Assembly: GCA_963662765.2 (NCBI GenBank) | Contig: CAXXUP010000002.1 | Location: 164,568-228,567 of the forward strand | Origin: Oscillospiraceae bacterium | GTDB taxonomy: Bacteria > Bacillota > Clostridia > Oscillospirales > Feifaniaceae | DNA: 64,000 nucleotides | Reading direction: 5' to 3' | Part shown: positions 8,871 through 17,333 of the stretch, piece by piece | Layout: every line of letters starts with the position of its first letter | How positions within the stretch are numbered: the first letter of the stretch is position 1 | Program-made: the position numbers and the translations under genes | Notes under the pieces: generated by a model | The model's database searches: none | Told to the model about the DNA's origin: nothing | Seen by the model: the letters and a program-made list of their open reading frames with translations, nothing else

Positions 8871-11123
8871 ATGATGTGTACCCGCTGTCAAAAACGGCTT
8901 GCGGTGATCTTTGTCACGAGACAGGAAAACGGGAAGACCCTGAGCGAGGGCTACTGTCTGCAGTGCGCCTCGGAGCTTGGAATAAAACCGGTCAACGACA
9001 TCCTGAAGAGCATGGGGATGGAGCCGGGGGACATAGAGAATATGGAAAGCGAAGTCATGCAGCTCTTTGAAGGCTCAGCTGACGATTCGGGTACTGCCAT
9101 GGAGCTGCCGCCGGCCTTCCGGGCGTTGTTCTCAGGTCAAAAGCAGCCGGAGGAGCAGAAGGCTCCGCCGCAGTCAGGTCAGGGCGAAAAAAAGCGCAAA
9201 ACAAAGGAAAAGCCAAAGCTCCTGTCTCAGCACTGCATCTGTCTCACCGACAACGCCCGCGAAGGTAAGCTCGACCGCATCATCGGTCGTGAACGCGAGA
9301 CGGGCCGCGTCATTCAGATATTAAACCGCCGGCAGAAGAACAATCCCTGTCTCATCGGTGAGCCCGGCGTCGGAAAGACGGCGGTTGCCGAAGGCCTTGC
9401 CATCCGCATTGTGGAGGGCAAAGTGCCGCCAAAGCTCGCCGACAAGGAGATCTATCTGCTCGACCTCACCTCGCTTGTGGCCGGAACGCAGTTTCGCGGC
9501 CAGTTTGAGGCTAGGATCAAACAGCTCATCGAAGAGGTCAAAAAAGAGGGCAACGTCATCCTAGTCATCGACGAGGTACATAACCTCGTGGCCGCCGGAG
9601 ACGCCGAGGGGTCGATGTCGGCCGCCAACATCTTAAAGCCGGCCTTGTCCCGAGGCGAAATTCAGGTCATTGGAGCGACGACGTTCAACGAGTACCGCAA
9701 GTCGATTGAAAAGGACGCCGCTCTTGAGCGCCGGTTCCAACCGGTGACCATCGAGGAGCCCTCCATTGACACGTCGGTCGAAATCCTCCAGGGCATCAAA
9801 AATTATTATGAGACTTTCCATAATGTTGTCCTGCAGGACGACATTATCCGGGCTGCCGTACAGCTTTCGGAGCGGTACATCACCGACCGGTTCCTGCCCG
9901 ATAAAGCCATCGATTTAATCGATGAAGCAGCCTCCCTCGGAAACATCGGGGATGAGGCTGGCAATCGGCTGATCACGCTGAAGCGTGATCAAAAGGAACT
10001 CGCCGCCCGCAGGGGGGAAATCCAGCCCGACGGCAGCGAAGAGAGCTTTGCCGAACTTGCCGCCATTCGTGAGAAAGAGTGCCGCGTCGAGGAGGAGATC
10101 AAAACCCTCGAAGCAAATCGGCAACCGGTCCATATCACGGTGGATCAGCTTGCTCAAGTGGTCGAGGTCTGGACCGGTATTCCGGCTTCCAAAATCAGGG
10201 AGAGCGAGTTCAAAAAACTGGCTCGGCTTGAAGATGAACTAAAAGCCAGAGTCGTCGGTCAGGACGAGGCGGTCTCGGCCTTAGCCAGAGCCCTGCGCCG
10301 CTCGCGGGCAGGCATCTCGCCCAAACGCAAACCGGCCTCCTTCATCTTCATCGGGCCGACCGGCGTCGGCAAGACTGAACTTGTCAAGCAACTGGCTGCA
10401 TCCCTCTTCGACTCACCCGAGACCATGATCAGGCTCGACATGTCTGAATTTATGGAAAAGCATTCGGTCTCTAGGCTCATCGGGTCGCCGCCCGGCTACA
10501 TCGGTTACGACGAGGCCGGCCAGCTGACCGAAAAAGTGCGCCGCAAGCCCTACAGTGTCGTCCTCTTCGACGAAATCGAAAAAGCTCACCCCGATGTGCT
10601 CAATGTGCTGCTGCAGATCCTCGACGACGGCCGGGTGACCGACGCCCACGGGCGCACAGTCAACTTCGAAAACACCGTCATCGTCATGACCTCAAATGCT
10701 GGCAGCGATAAGCGCGAGGCGCCACTGGGCTTTGGCATGTCGCCTGAGGTGCGAAGCCGCGAGAAAGCCTTAAAGGCGCTCGAGGGCTTCCTGCGCCCCG
10801 AATTCATCAACCGGGTCGACGAGGTGGTCGCCTTCCGCCCGCTTGACAAGGAGGACTTTGTCAAAATCGCAGCGATCATGCTTGATGATCTCAATAAGGC
10901 GATGGCCGAAGCCGGCCGCAAGCTGATGACAGATGACAGTGTCGCCCTCTGGCTTGCCGAGAAGTCCTTCTCGGAGAAGTACGGTGCCCGCTCGCTGCGC
11001 AGGGCTGTGGAGCGTGAGATCGAGGACAGAATCGCAACGCTCATTGTTGAAGGCGGCGACTCTCCCATTGAGGCGGTCGGAGTCACCGTCAAAGACGGGG
11101 AGCTCGAAGTCCGCGGCATGTAG
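8871..11123 (+). CDS. Class-I Clp/Hsp100 AAA+ ATPase (ClpC/ClpA-like) with a CxxC...CxxC N-terminus instead of a Clp_N repeat
   Basis: 750 aa with two Walker A boxes ([18 protein letters not shown]), sensor and Arg-finger regions, and an LGF tripeptide (candidate ClpP-docking loop). The N-terminus is [14 protein letters not shown]...GYCLQCA. Confidence 0.9.
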   Translation: MMCTRCQKRLAVIFVTRQENGKTLSEGYCLQCASELGIKPVNDILKSMGMEPGDIENMESEVMQLFEGSADDSGTAMELPPAFRALFSGQKQPEEQKAPPQSGQGEKKRKTKEKPKLLSQHCICLTDNAREGKLDRIIGRERETGRVIQILNRRQKNNPCLIGEPGVGKTAVAEGLAIRIVEGKVPPKLADKEIYLLDLTSLVAGTQFRGQFEARIKQLIEEVKKEGNVILVIDEVHNLVAAGDAEGSMSAANILKPALSRGEIQVIGATTFNEYRKSIEKDAALERRFQPVTIEEPSIDTSVEILQGIKNYYETFHNVVLQDDIIRAAVQLSERYITDRFLPDKAIDLIDEAASLGNIGDEAGNRLITLKRDQKELAARRGEIQPDGSEESFAELAAIREKECRVEEEIKTLEANRQPVHITVDQLAQVVEVWTGIPASKIRESEFKKLARLEDELKARVVGQDEAVSALARALRRSRAGISPKRKPASFIFIGPTGVGKTELVKQLAASLFDSPETMIRLDMSEFMEKHSVSRLIGSPPGYIGYDEAGQLTEKVRRKPYSVVLFDEIEKAHPDVLNVLLQILDDGRVTDAHGRTVNFENTVIVMTSNAGSDKREAPLGFGMSPEVRSREKALKALEGFLRPEFINRVDEVVAFRPLDKEDFVKIAAIMLDDLNKAMAEAGRKLMTDDSVALWLAEKSFSEKYGARSLRRAVEREIEDRIATLIVEGGDSPIEAVGVTVKDGELEVRGM

Positions 11124-11310
11124 AAAAATATAGTCCGGCAAGGTGAACAACACCCCCGAAGTAAGACAGTATGAACGACTGTCAATACTTTGGGGGTGTT
11201 TTCATGATCCGGTCGCTTGCGGAAGATGTTGCGCGTGGGGAATATACGATCTACATTAGAAGGTGATGAAATCGTTTAAGTTTGCCGCGGACGATAGATT
11301 CTGCAACCCG
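10817..11310 (+). repeat. Direct repeat copy 1 (intact Clp ATPase gene tail plus its downstream region)
   Basis: Collinear with 12470-12970. Shared strings include gccgagaagtcctt, gtcggagtcaccgt and ctgtcaatactttgggggtgtt. Confidence 0.85.
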
Positions 11311-11451
11311 TTCCTTGGCACTTTTTCTTCAGACCGAGCAGCCGCACTTACGACAAACCATAGCACCATCTACCAATTCATAGCCACACTCAACGCAAAA
11401 TACGTATTGTTTTCACAATTCCAATGAGCGCGAGTATACTATCGTTATGAG

Positions 11452-11901
11452 GTGAAGTGCGTGGATACCAGAGAACTATTTGCAAGGCTCATCAACTGTG
11501 AGGCGGGCGGTGAGGGACTCGATGGGATGCGCGCCGTCGCAACCGTTGTAATGAACCGCGTCAGGGTGGCAAATGGAGAGTACCGCCGAATCGGCCAAGG
11601 GGATTTGAGGAAGGTCATTGAACAAACGTGCCAGTTTTCCTGCTACAAAACACAATTGGGAGGTGTGGACAATCACCAGAATGTCTGGGTGACTACTCCG
11701 GAGGAAATCCATTATCAGGTCGCCGACTGGGCAATGAATGGCGGGATTCATCTTGGAGCGGGCTCCGATTCTTTGTGGTATATGAACCCCTACAGGCCCC
11801 AGTGCCCCAACTTCTTTCCCTACAATCAAACCGGATACTGGTTCACAAGGATCAACCAGCATTGCGTTTATAATCCGACCGAGTCCTATTCGCAGACATA
11901 A
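11452..11901 (+). CDS. cwlJ: Spore cortex-lytic enzyme of the SleB/CwlJ (Hydrolase_2) family, CwlJ-like (short, with no signal peptide or PG-binding domain)
   Basis: LFARLINCEAGGEGLDGMRAVATVVMNRV...CQFSCY...NPY... is the Hydrolase_2 core. The protein is about 146-149 aa. A GerQ-like gene follows immediately, as in Bacillus. The start is GTG 11452 or GTG 11461 (behind GAGGTG). Confidence 0.75.
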   Translation: MKCVDTRELFARLINCEAGGEGLDGMRAVATVVMNRVRVANGEYRRIGQGDLRKVIEQTCQFSCYKTQLGGVDNHQNVWVTTPEEIHYQVADWAMNGGIHLGAGSDSLWYMNPYRPQCPNFFPYNQTGYWFTRINQHCVYNPTESYSQT

Positions 11902-11960
11902 CTATGAAAAAAACGCGCAAACAAAAATCGCACCCATTTCAATCGGAGGTGTTTTTCCCT

Positions 11961-12413
11961 ATGGCAAATAATTTAAACAGGATGGGCAACAAACAATTTG
12001 ATTCCGGCACAACCCGTTTTTGGTCCGATCCCACTTCCATGTCGCCACAATCCGGCACGCCTTCCATGTCCATCCCACCTACTGCCGAGTCGCCCGGTAC
12101 ATCACTCACGGCTCCTCAGTATGGCCTGTCCCCAACGCAGCCTCAGTTTGGGTCTCCTTCAATGCAGCAATCCGACGTCGGTTTTCAGCAGGGCCCTCCT
12201 TTCTCTACGGACCCAGGCTACATACCGTATTTTTTAAGAAGCAACATAGGGAGAAACGTGCGGGCGGAATTTATTGTTGGCAGCAATCAATTTGTTGACA
12301 AAACCGGAAGGCTGCTTGAGGTAGGAATCAACTACTTTGTCCTAGAGGATTATATCTCCCACGCTCGTGTCATGTGCGATCTTTATTCGGTCAGATTTGT
12401 CACAATTCTGTAA
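11961..12413 (+). CDS. gerQ: GerQ (YwdL)-like spore coat protein
   Basis: The N-terminal half is Q/P/S-rich. The C-terminus NVRAEFIVGSNQFVDKTGRLLEVGINYFVLED...VMCDLYSVRFVTIL resembles the GerQ domain. ATG 11961 sits behind GGAGGTG; the 11904 start of the ORF track is probably too long. Confidence 0.7.
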   Translation: MANNLNRMGNKQFDSGTTRFWSDPTSMSPQSGTPSMSIPPTAESPGTSLTAPQYGLSPTQPQFGSPSMQQSDVGFQQGPPFSTDPGYIPYFLRSNIGRNVRAEFIVGSNQFVDKTGRLLEVGINYFVLEDYISHARVMCDLYSVRFVTIL

Positions 12414-12424
12414 TCGTACAGCAT

Positions 12425-12457
12425 AAAAACACCCGGTCTGTCGACCGGGTTTTTTTG
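12425..12457 (+). terminator. Rho-independent terminator after gerQ
   Basis: ACCCGGTC-TGTC-GACCGGGT followed by TTTTTTT. Confidence 0.85.
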
Positions 12458-12469
12458 ATTTCGCTTCGG

Positions 12470-12780
12470 ACGACGAAGTGGTCGCCTTCTGACCGCTTGA
12501 CAAGGGAGATTTTGTCAAAATTGCCATCATTATGCTCGACGACATCAAAAAGGCGATGGCCGAGGCCGGCCGCAAACTGATGTCGGACGACAGCGTGGCA
12601 CCTTGGCTTGCCGAGAAGTCCTTTTCGCAAAATTGCGGCGCTCGCTCGCTGCGCAAAGGTCGTGGGCCTGACATCGAGGGCAGGATTGCAACGCTAATTG
12701 CCGAACGCGGCGATGCGCCCATTGAGGCAGTCGGAGTCACCGTTAAAGACGGAGAGCTCGAAACCCGCGGCATGTAAAAA
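12470..12780 (+). pseudogene. Degenerate duplicate of the last ~100 codons of the Clp ATPase gene
   Basis: Translates as [98 protein letters not shown]. This parallels the C-terminus of the 8871-11123 product, but it has an in-frame TGA and no upstream gene body. Confidence 0.85.
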
Positions 12781-12970
12781 AAGTAAAAAGTCCGGCCAAG
12801 TGAACAGCACCTCCAAAGCAAGAAAGTACAAAACACTGTCAATACTTTGGGGGTGTTTACGTGATCTGGGTGCTCACGGAAAGTGTTGCGCATGGAGAAT
12901 TTTCGAGATACAATAGATTGGTGTTAAATAGTTTTGTGAAAAATTGCCACAGACGAAGATTCTACAACCG
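12470..12970 (+). repeat. Direct repeat copy 2 (pseudogene tail plus copy of the downstream region)
   Basis: See copy 1. The match continues past the stop codon through agtccggc.aagtgaaca.cacc and ctgtcaatactttgggggtgtt, ending at ...gattct.caacc. Confidence 0.85.
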
Positions 12971-13105
12971 ATGATAGTTGGAGAATATTGCGTCCCCGTA
13001 TGTTCCCCGTGTGTTAAAACATGGCTATACTGATTAGGATAATGAATATGCTGATCAATCGCTTTTCGGATTAGGAATAAACTGGTACAATACGGGGGCC
13101 GTGAA

Positions 13106-13678
13106 ATGAGTATAATCAGAAAAAAAGTGAAAATTACGGTTTTGATTGTTGCGGTAATACTTATAGCAACTATAGTCCTGTTGGGTATTTATGAGGGAGG
13201 TTTTTTCTTTTTGGCTCCAGGGTACAACAAGACTGATGGTTTTGCGAAGAATAACATAGATGAATTGTCCTATGTTTCTGATGCTCTTTCAGAATTGGAT
13301 TATTATACTATCGAAATTCGCAAGTTTCCCCTTCGTGATGAAGATATATTCAACATGGTAGTCCGCAAGGATGAGCTTTACAATTTCAGTCCGAACGGAA
13401 GCGACAGAGAAACCATACCGATTCCCGACGAATTGGTTGGCCACATAAAACATTTGTATGAAAGTGGAGTCGAAAAAATTTTTTGTGGCTCCGATTCTGT
13501 AGATTTTACTATGTGGAATACAATGAGTGAAAGTCGCGGAATAAAGTATTCCAAAACCGGGAATCCACCTGACGTATGGGCGGCTATTGAGGTAAAGCAA
13601 CTATCAAAGGAAAACTGGTATTATTATGTGAGCAACTATGAAAAGGCGAAAGCACGGAATCCCCAGCTTTTCCAATAA
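13106..13678 (+). CDS. Hypothetical membrane-anchored protein in a visibly AT-rich patch
   Basis: 190-aa ORF whose N-terminus has KKVKITVLIVAVILIATIVLLGI (TM). Its codon usage is clearly more AT-rich than that of flanking genes. No family recognised. Confidence 0.6.
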   Translation: MSIIRKKVKITVLIVAVILIATIVLLGIYEGGFFFLAPGYNKTDGFAKNNIDELSYVSDALSELDYYTIEIRKFPLRDEDIFNMVVRKDELYNFSPNGSDRETIPIPDELVGHIKHLYESGVEKIFCGSDSVDFTMWNTMSESRGIKYSKTGNPPDVWAAIEVKQLSKENWYYYVSNYEKAKARNPQLFQ

Positions 13679-13819
13679 CACAGTAATCAACTGACCGTGA
13701 CGGGGACAAATAAACCTCCCCGCCACAGACTCTGACTCTGTTTGTCTTCCGTACAAACCCCAGTTCCACAGTCAAAAAAACCACTCATTTCTTGTGAAAT
13801 GAAGTGGTCTTTTTTATAT

Positions 13820-14518
13820 TCAATAAAGCGGAATTGTCCGCCGCAGCATGTCGGCGCAGGCGTCAACATGGGCGGCCGCAGCATTCTGGGCCATGTCGGG
13901 CACGCCAAACTCAATGGCGTTGCAGATGGTGATATGCTGGGTGGATATTGAAGGCACCGACAGTTCGGGGGTTTCAAGCAGCAGGTAACGCAGCCTTCCG
14001 TTGTGATAGGAGATGGCGCTGTCAAGCGTGTGATACATGCGCACGAGGTATTCGTTTTTGGTGGCTTCGACAATCAGGCGGTGAAAGACGGGGTCGAGTT
14101 CGGAGAGACGCCGATAGTCGTGGCAGGCAAACATGTCCCGAAACTCGTAGGCCATTTTTTTCAGGCGCGCAATATCGACCTGACCGTTGTGAAGTGCGCA
14201 GAGATAGCTGGCGGTGCCTTCCACGACCTTTCTCGCATAGTAGAGATCCTCCACCGCCATGCGGGTCATGGTATAAACATAAAAGCCGCGTCGGTTTTCC
14301 ATTTGAACAAGCAGTCCCTCGTCCGCCAGTGCATGGATGGCCTCGTCGACCGGCGTACGGCTGATGCCGAGCTCTTGGGCGATTTGGGAGCCGTTGACCC
14401 TGGTACCCGGCTGCAGCGCGAAGGAGAGGACGTCGTCACGGATAAGGTCTCGGACAATTTCACTGAGCTGTGTAAACGGGTTTTCCCGCAGTCTGGCGTC
14501 AAGACGGCTTTTGTCCAT
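13820..14518 (-). CDS. GntR-family transcriptional regulator (FadR/FCD-type C-terminal domain)
   Basis: The N-terminal winged HTH ...LQPGTRVNGSQIAQELGISRTPVDEAIHALADEGLL is followed by a helical ligand domain. The gene is divergent from the oxidoreductase operon. Confidence 0.85.
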   Translation of the reverse strand: MDKSRLDARLRENPFTQLSEIVRDLIRDDVLSFALQPGTRVNGSQIAQELGISRTPVDEAIHALADEGLLVQMENRRGFYVYTMTRMAVEDLYYARKVVEGTASYLCALHNGQVDIARLKKMAYEFRDMFACHDYRRLSELDPVFHRLIVEATKNEYLVRMYHTLDSAISYHNGRLRYLLLETPELSVPSISTQHITICNAIEFGVPDMAQNAAAAHVDACADMLRRTIPLY

Positions 14519-14702
14519 GGAATCACCTCCGCGTAAATTAATGTCGGAATTATATCATATCAAGTGCGATAATACAACATTGAGCCTCCTTTGCACCTAT
14601 TTTCGTGCGGGTTTACCCCGCAGACCTAAGGACGGCGCAAAAGTTGATGCAATAATAGACTGGGCTCTATAATAGAGGTATCCAGTGAAAGGAGGATACG
14701 AC

Positions 14703-14924
14703 ATGGTCAAGCTTGAAATTCATCCGATGCTCTGCAAGAGCTGCGGATACTGTGTGAAGTTTTGCCCCAAGTCCCTGCTTGAGATCGGCATCCAGCGCAG
14801 CCCGCGCGGCTTTCTCCTTCCGATTATGAAGGATGAAGCCTCGTGCATAGGCTGCATGACCTGCGCCGTCGCCTGTCCAGAGGCGGCCATCAGCATAACG
14901 GAAGGGGGCAGTGACAATGGCTAA
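14703..14924 (+). CDS. 2-oxoacid:ferredoxin oxidoreductase delta subunit (2x[4Fe-4S] ferredoxin)
   Basis: CKSCGYCVKFCP and CIGCMTCAVACP motifs. ATG 14703 sits behind AAAGGAGGA. Confidence 0.85.
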   Translation: MVKLEIHPMLCKSCGYCVKFCPKSLLEIGIQRSPRGFLLPIMKDEASCIGCMTCAVACPEAAISITEGGSDNG

Positions 14925-15990
14925 GGTACTGATGAAGGGCAACGAAGCGATGGCCGAGGCCGCGGTGCGCGGCGGCTGCCGTTTCTTTGCGGGATACCCC
15001 ATCACGCCCCAGAGCGAGCTTTTGGAGTACATGTCCTGGCGGCTGCCGGAAGTGGGCGGCTCCTTTGTCCAGGGCGAGAGCGAAGTCGCATCCATCAACA
15101 TGGTGTACGGCGGCGCATCGGTCGGCGTGCGGGCCATGACCGGCTCCTCCGGCCCCGGAATCAGCCTCAAGGCCGAGGGGATTTCGTACATTGCGGGAGC
15201 CAGCCTGCCGGCCGTCATCGTCAATGTCGCCCGCGGCGGCCCGGGGCTCGGTTCCATCCAGCCGGCACAGTCGGACTATCTGCAGTCGACCAAAGCGCTC
15301 GGCCACGGCGGGTTTCACACGCTGGTCTTTGCACCGAGTTCCGTACAGGAGGCGGTCGATCTCATTTACAACGCCTTCGAGTACGCTGAGCGGGACCGCA
15401 GTCCGGTGCTCATTTTAGCAGACGGGTGCATCGGCTCCATCATGGAGGAGGTTGAACTGCCACCTATGAGGGAGCTTTGCGGTGCGGGTGCGGCCGGCTG
15501 GAAGCTCGGCAGAGACCGGGGAGAAGAGCGCCCCATGCGCACCATCTCCTCCATTTACGCCTTGGAAACCCAGCTTGAGGCCGACAATATCCGCCACGGC
15601 GAGATGTACAAGGAGTGGCAAAAAACTGACGTCATGGTCGAGGAATTCATGCTCCCTGATGCCGAATATGTCGTCGTGGCCTACGGCATCGCCGCGCGGG
15701 TCGCAAAGCAGGCCATCCTGACACTGCGGGCCGAGGGCGTCAAAATCGGCATGATCCGCCCGATCACCCTCTACCCCTTCCCGAAGTCGAGTTTTGCACA
15801 GCTTGACTATGGCAAGGTTAAAGCCTTTATTGACATCGAAATGACAATCCCGGCCCAGATGCGTGACGACATTGCGCTGGAAGTAAAGGACCGCGCCCCC
15901 ATCTATGAGTACGGCCGGTCGGGCGGCGTATTGCTTGACGACGAGGGTGTGCTTGATGCGCTGCGAAACATCGTGGGAGGTGACAAGTGA
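14917..15990 (+). CDS. 2-oxoacid:ferredoxin oxidoreductase alpha subunit
   Basis: MAKVLMKGNEAMAEAAVRGGCRFFAGYPITPQSE... is the typical KorA/VorA/PorA N-terminus. It overlaps the delta subunit stop. Confidence 0.9.
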   Translation: MAKVLMKGNEAMAEAAVRGGCRFFAGYPITPQSELLEYMSWRLPEVGGSFVQGESEVASINMVYGGASVGVRAMTGSSGPGISLKAEGISYIAGASLPAVIVNVARGGPGLGSIQPAQSDYLQSTKALGHGGFHTLVFAPSSVQEAVDLIYNAFEYAERDRSPVLILADGCIGSIMEEVELPPMRELCGAGAAGWKLGRDRGEERPMRTISSIYALETQLEADNIRHGEMYKEWQKTDVMVEEFMLPDAEYVVVAYGIAARVAKQAILTLRAEGVKIGMIRPITLYPFPKSSFAQLDYGKVKAFIDIEMTIPAQMRDDIALEVKDRAPIYEYGRSGGVLLDDEGVLDALRNIVGGDK

Positions 15991-16736
15991 TGGCAAAGAA
16001 CTACAGCAAGCCTAAGTCGCTGCGGCCAATGCCCAACGGCTACTGCCCGGGCTGTCTGCATGCGACGGCCTCCAAGATCATCGCAGAGATCCTCGACGAG
16101 CTTGGAAAGAAAAACGAGACCATACTCGTGCTCCCGGTCGGCTGCTCGACAATGGGACTGCTCTATTTCGACATTGACATGGTCGAGTCTGCCCACGGCA
16201 GAGCCCCGGCTGTCGCGACCGGTGTCAAGCGGTGCCGCCCGGATCAGCTCATTTTTACCTATCAGGGGGACGGCGACCTCGCGGCCATCGGGCTTGCCGA
16301 GATCATGTCGGCAGCCAACCGCGGCGAGCATTTCACGGTCGTCTTCGCCAACAACGGCACCTACGGTATGACCGGCGGCCAGATGGCCCCAACCACGCTG
16401 CCGGGCCAGAAGTCGACGACCTGCCGCACCGGCCGCGACCCCTCGGACACCGGATTTCCGCTCAAGATGTGCGAGTTCATCGACCAGCTTGAGGCACCAG
16501 TCTACATCGCGCGGTTTGCCCTCAATAATCCCGTAAACATCCGCAAAGCCAAAGCCGGCATTAAGCACGCCTTTGAGCTGCAGCTCGAAGGGAACGGTTT
16601 TACATTCGTTGAGCTGCTGACAAACTGCCCGACCAACTGGGGCATGGCACCGCTTAAAAGCCTTGAGTACATGGAGGAGACCTCCATGAAGTACTTCCCG
16701 CAAAAGGTCTTCCGGGACAAGGAGGAGCAAAAATGA
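15990..16736 (+). CDS. 2-oxoacid:ferredoxin oxidoreductase beta subunit (TPP-binding)
   Basis: CPGC..., GDGD (TPP/Mg motif) and NNGTYGMTGGQ. TGATG overlap with the alpha subunit. Confidence 0.9.
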   Translation: MAKNYSKPKSLRPMPNGYCPGCLHATASKIIAEILDELGKKNETILVLPVGCSTMGLLYFDIDMVESAHGRAPAVATGVKRCRPDQLIFTYQGDGDLAAIGLAEIMSAANRGEHFTVVFANNGTYGMTGGQMAPTTLPGQKSTTCRTGRDPSDTGFPLKMCEFIDQLEAPVYIARFALNNPVNIRKAKAGIKHAFELQLEGNGFTFVELLTNCPTNWGMAPLKSLEYMEETSMKYFPQKVFRDKEEQK

Positions 16737-17272
16737 GGAATGTGGTACTAATCTGCGGTTCCGGCGGACAGGGTGTCATGAGCCTTGGCATCATGGTGGC
16801 GCAAAATGCCGTCGAAAACGGTAAACACGCGACTTTCATGCCGGTCTACGGACCCGAGCAGCGCGGCGGTGCCGCCCGCTGCACCGTCATCATCGACGAC
16901 GACGAGATCGTCTCGCCGCTGCCTAGGCGCTGCAACTGCCTCGTCGCCTTAAATGAGGTCGGCTATAAGAAGTTCATCGGGGAACTCTCTCCGGGCGGCG
17001 CCCTCGTGCTCAACGCCTCAATGGTCAAGTGTCCCATTGAACGCGAGGACGTCAAGAAAGTTTGCATCGCGGCCGACGAGACGGCAGCTGCAATCGGCAA
17101 TGTCAAAGCGGCCAACATCGTCATGGCGGGCGCACTGATCGGAGCCACCGGCATCATGGATAAGGAGGGATTTCTTGCGAGCCTCGAAGCGAAGTTTGGC
17201 AGCAAGAAGCCCGAGCTCATGGAGGTCAACCGCAGGGCGCTTGACGCGGGACTTGCCGCGGCCAAGAACTAA
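16733..17272 (+). CDS. 2-oxoacid:ferredoxin oxidoreductase gamma subunit
   Basis: ICGSGGQGVMSLG...YGPEQRGG is the gamma-subunit signature. ATGA overlap with the beta subunit. Confidence 0.9.
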   Translation: MRNVVLICGSGGQGVMSLGIMVAQNAVENGKHATFMPVYGPEQRGGAARCTVIIDDDEIVSPLPRRCNCLVALNEVGYKKFIGELSPGGALVLNASMVKCPIEREDVKKVCIAADETAAAIGNVKAANIVMAGALIGATGIMDKEGFLASLEAKFGSKKPELMEVNRRALDAGLAAAKN

Positions 17273-17292
17273 AGCGGGTGTACCGATAAAAT

Positions 17293-17327
17293 GCGGCCGC
17301 GCACTACAGTGCGCGGCCGCAGCTTTT
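17293..17327. terminator. Bidirectional terminator between convergent genes
   Basis: GCGGCCGCGCAC-TACA-GTGCGCGGCCGC, with AAAAT upstream and AGCTTTT downstream. Confidence 0.75.
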
Positions 17328-17333
17328 CGGATG

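Noticed and set aside
12342-12893. 183-aa minus-strand ORF (and the similar 10586-11185 ORF).
   Set aside because: It is antisense to the Clp ATPase tail and its duplicated pseudogene copy. Its appearance twice simply reflects the duplication.
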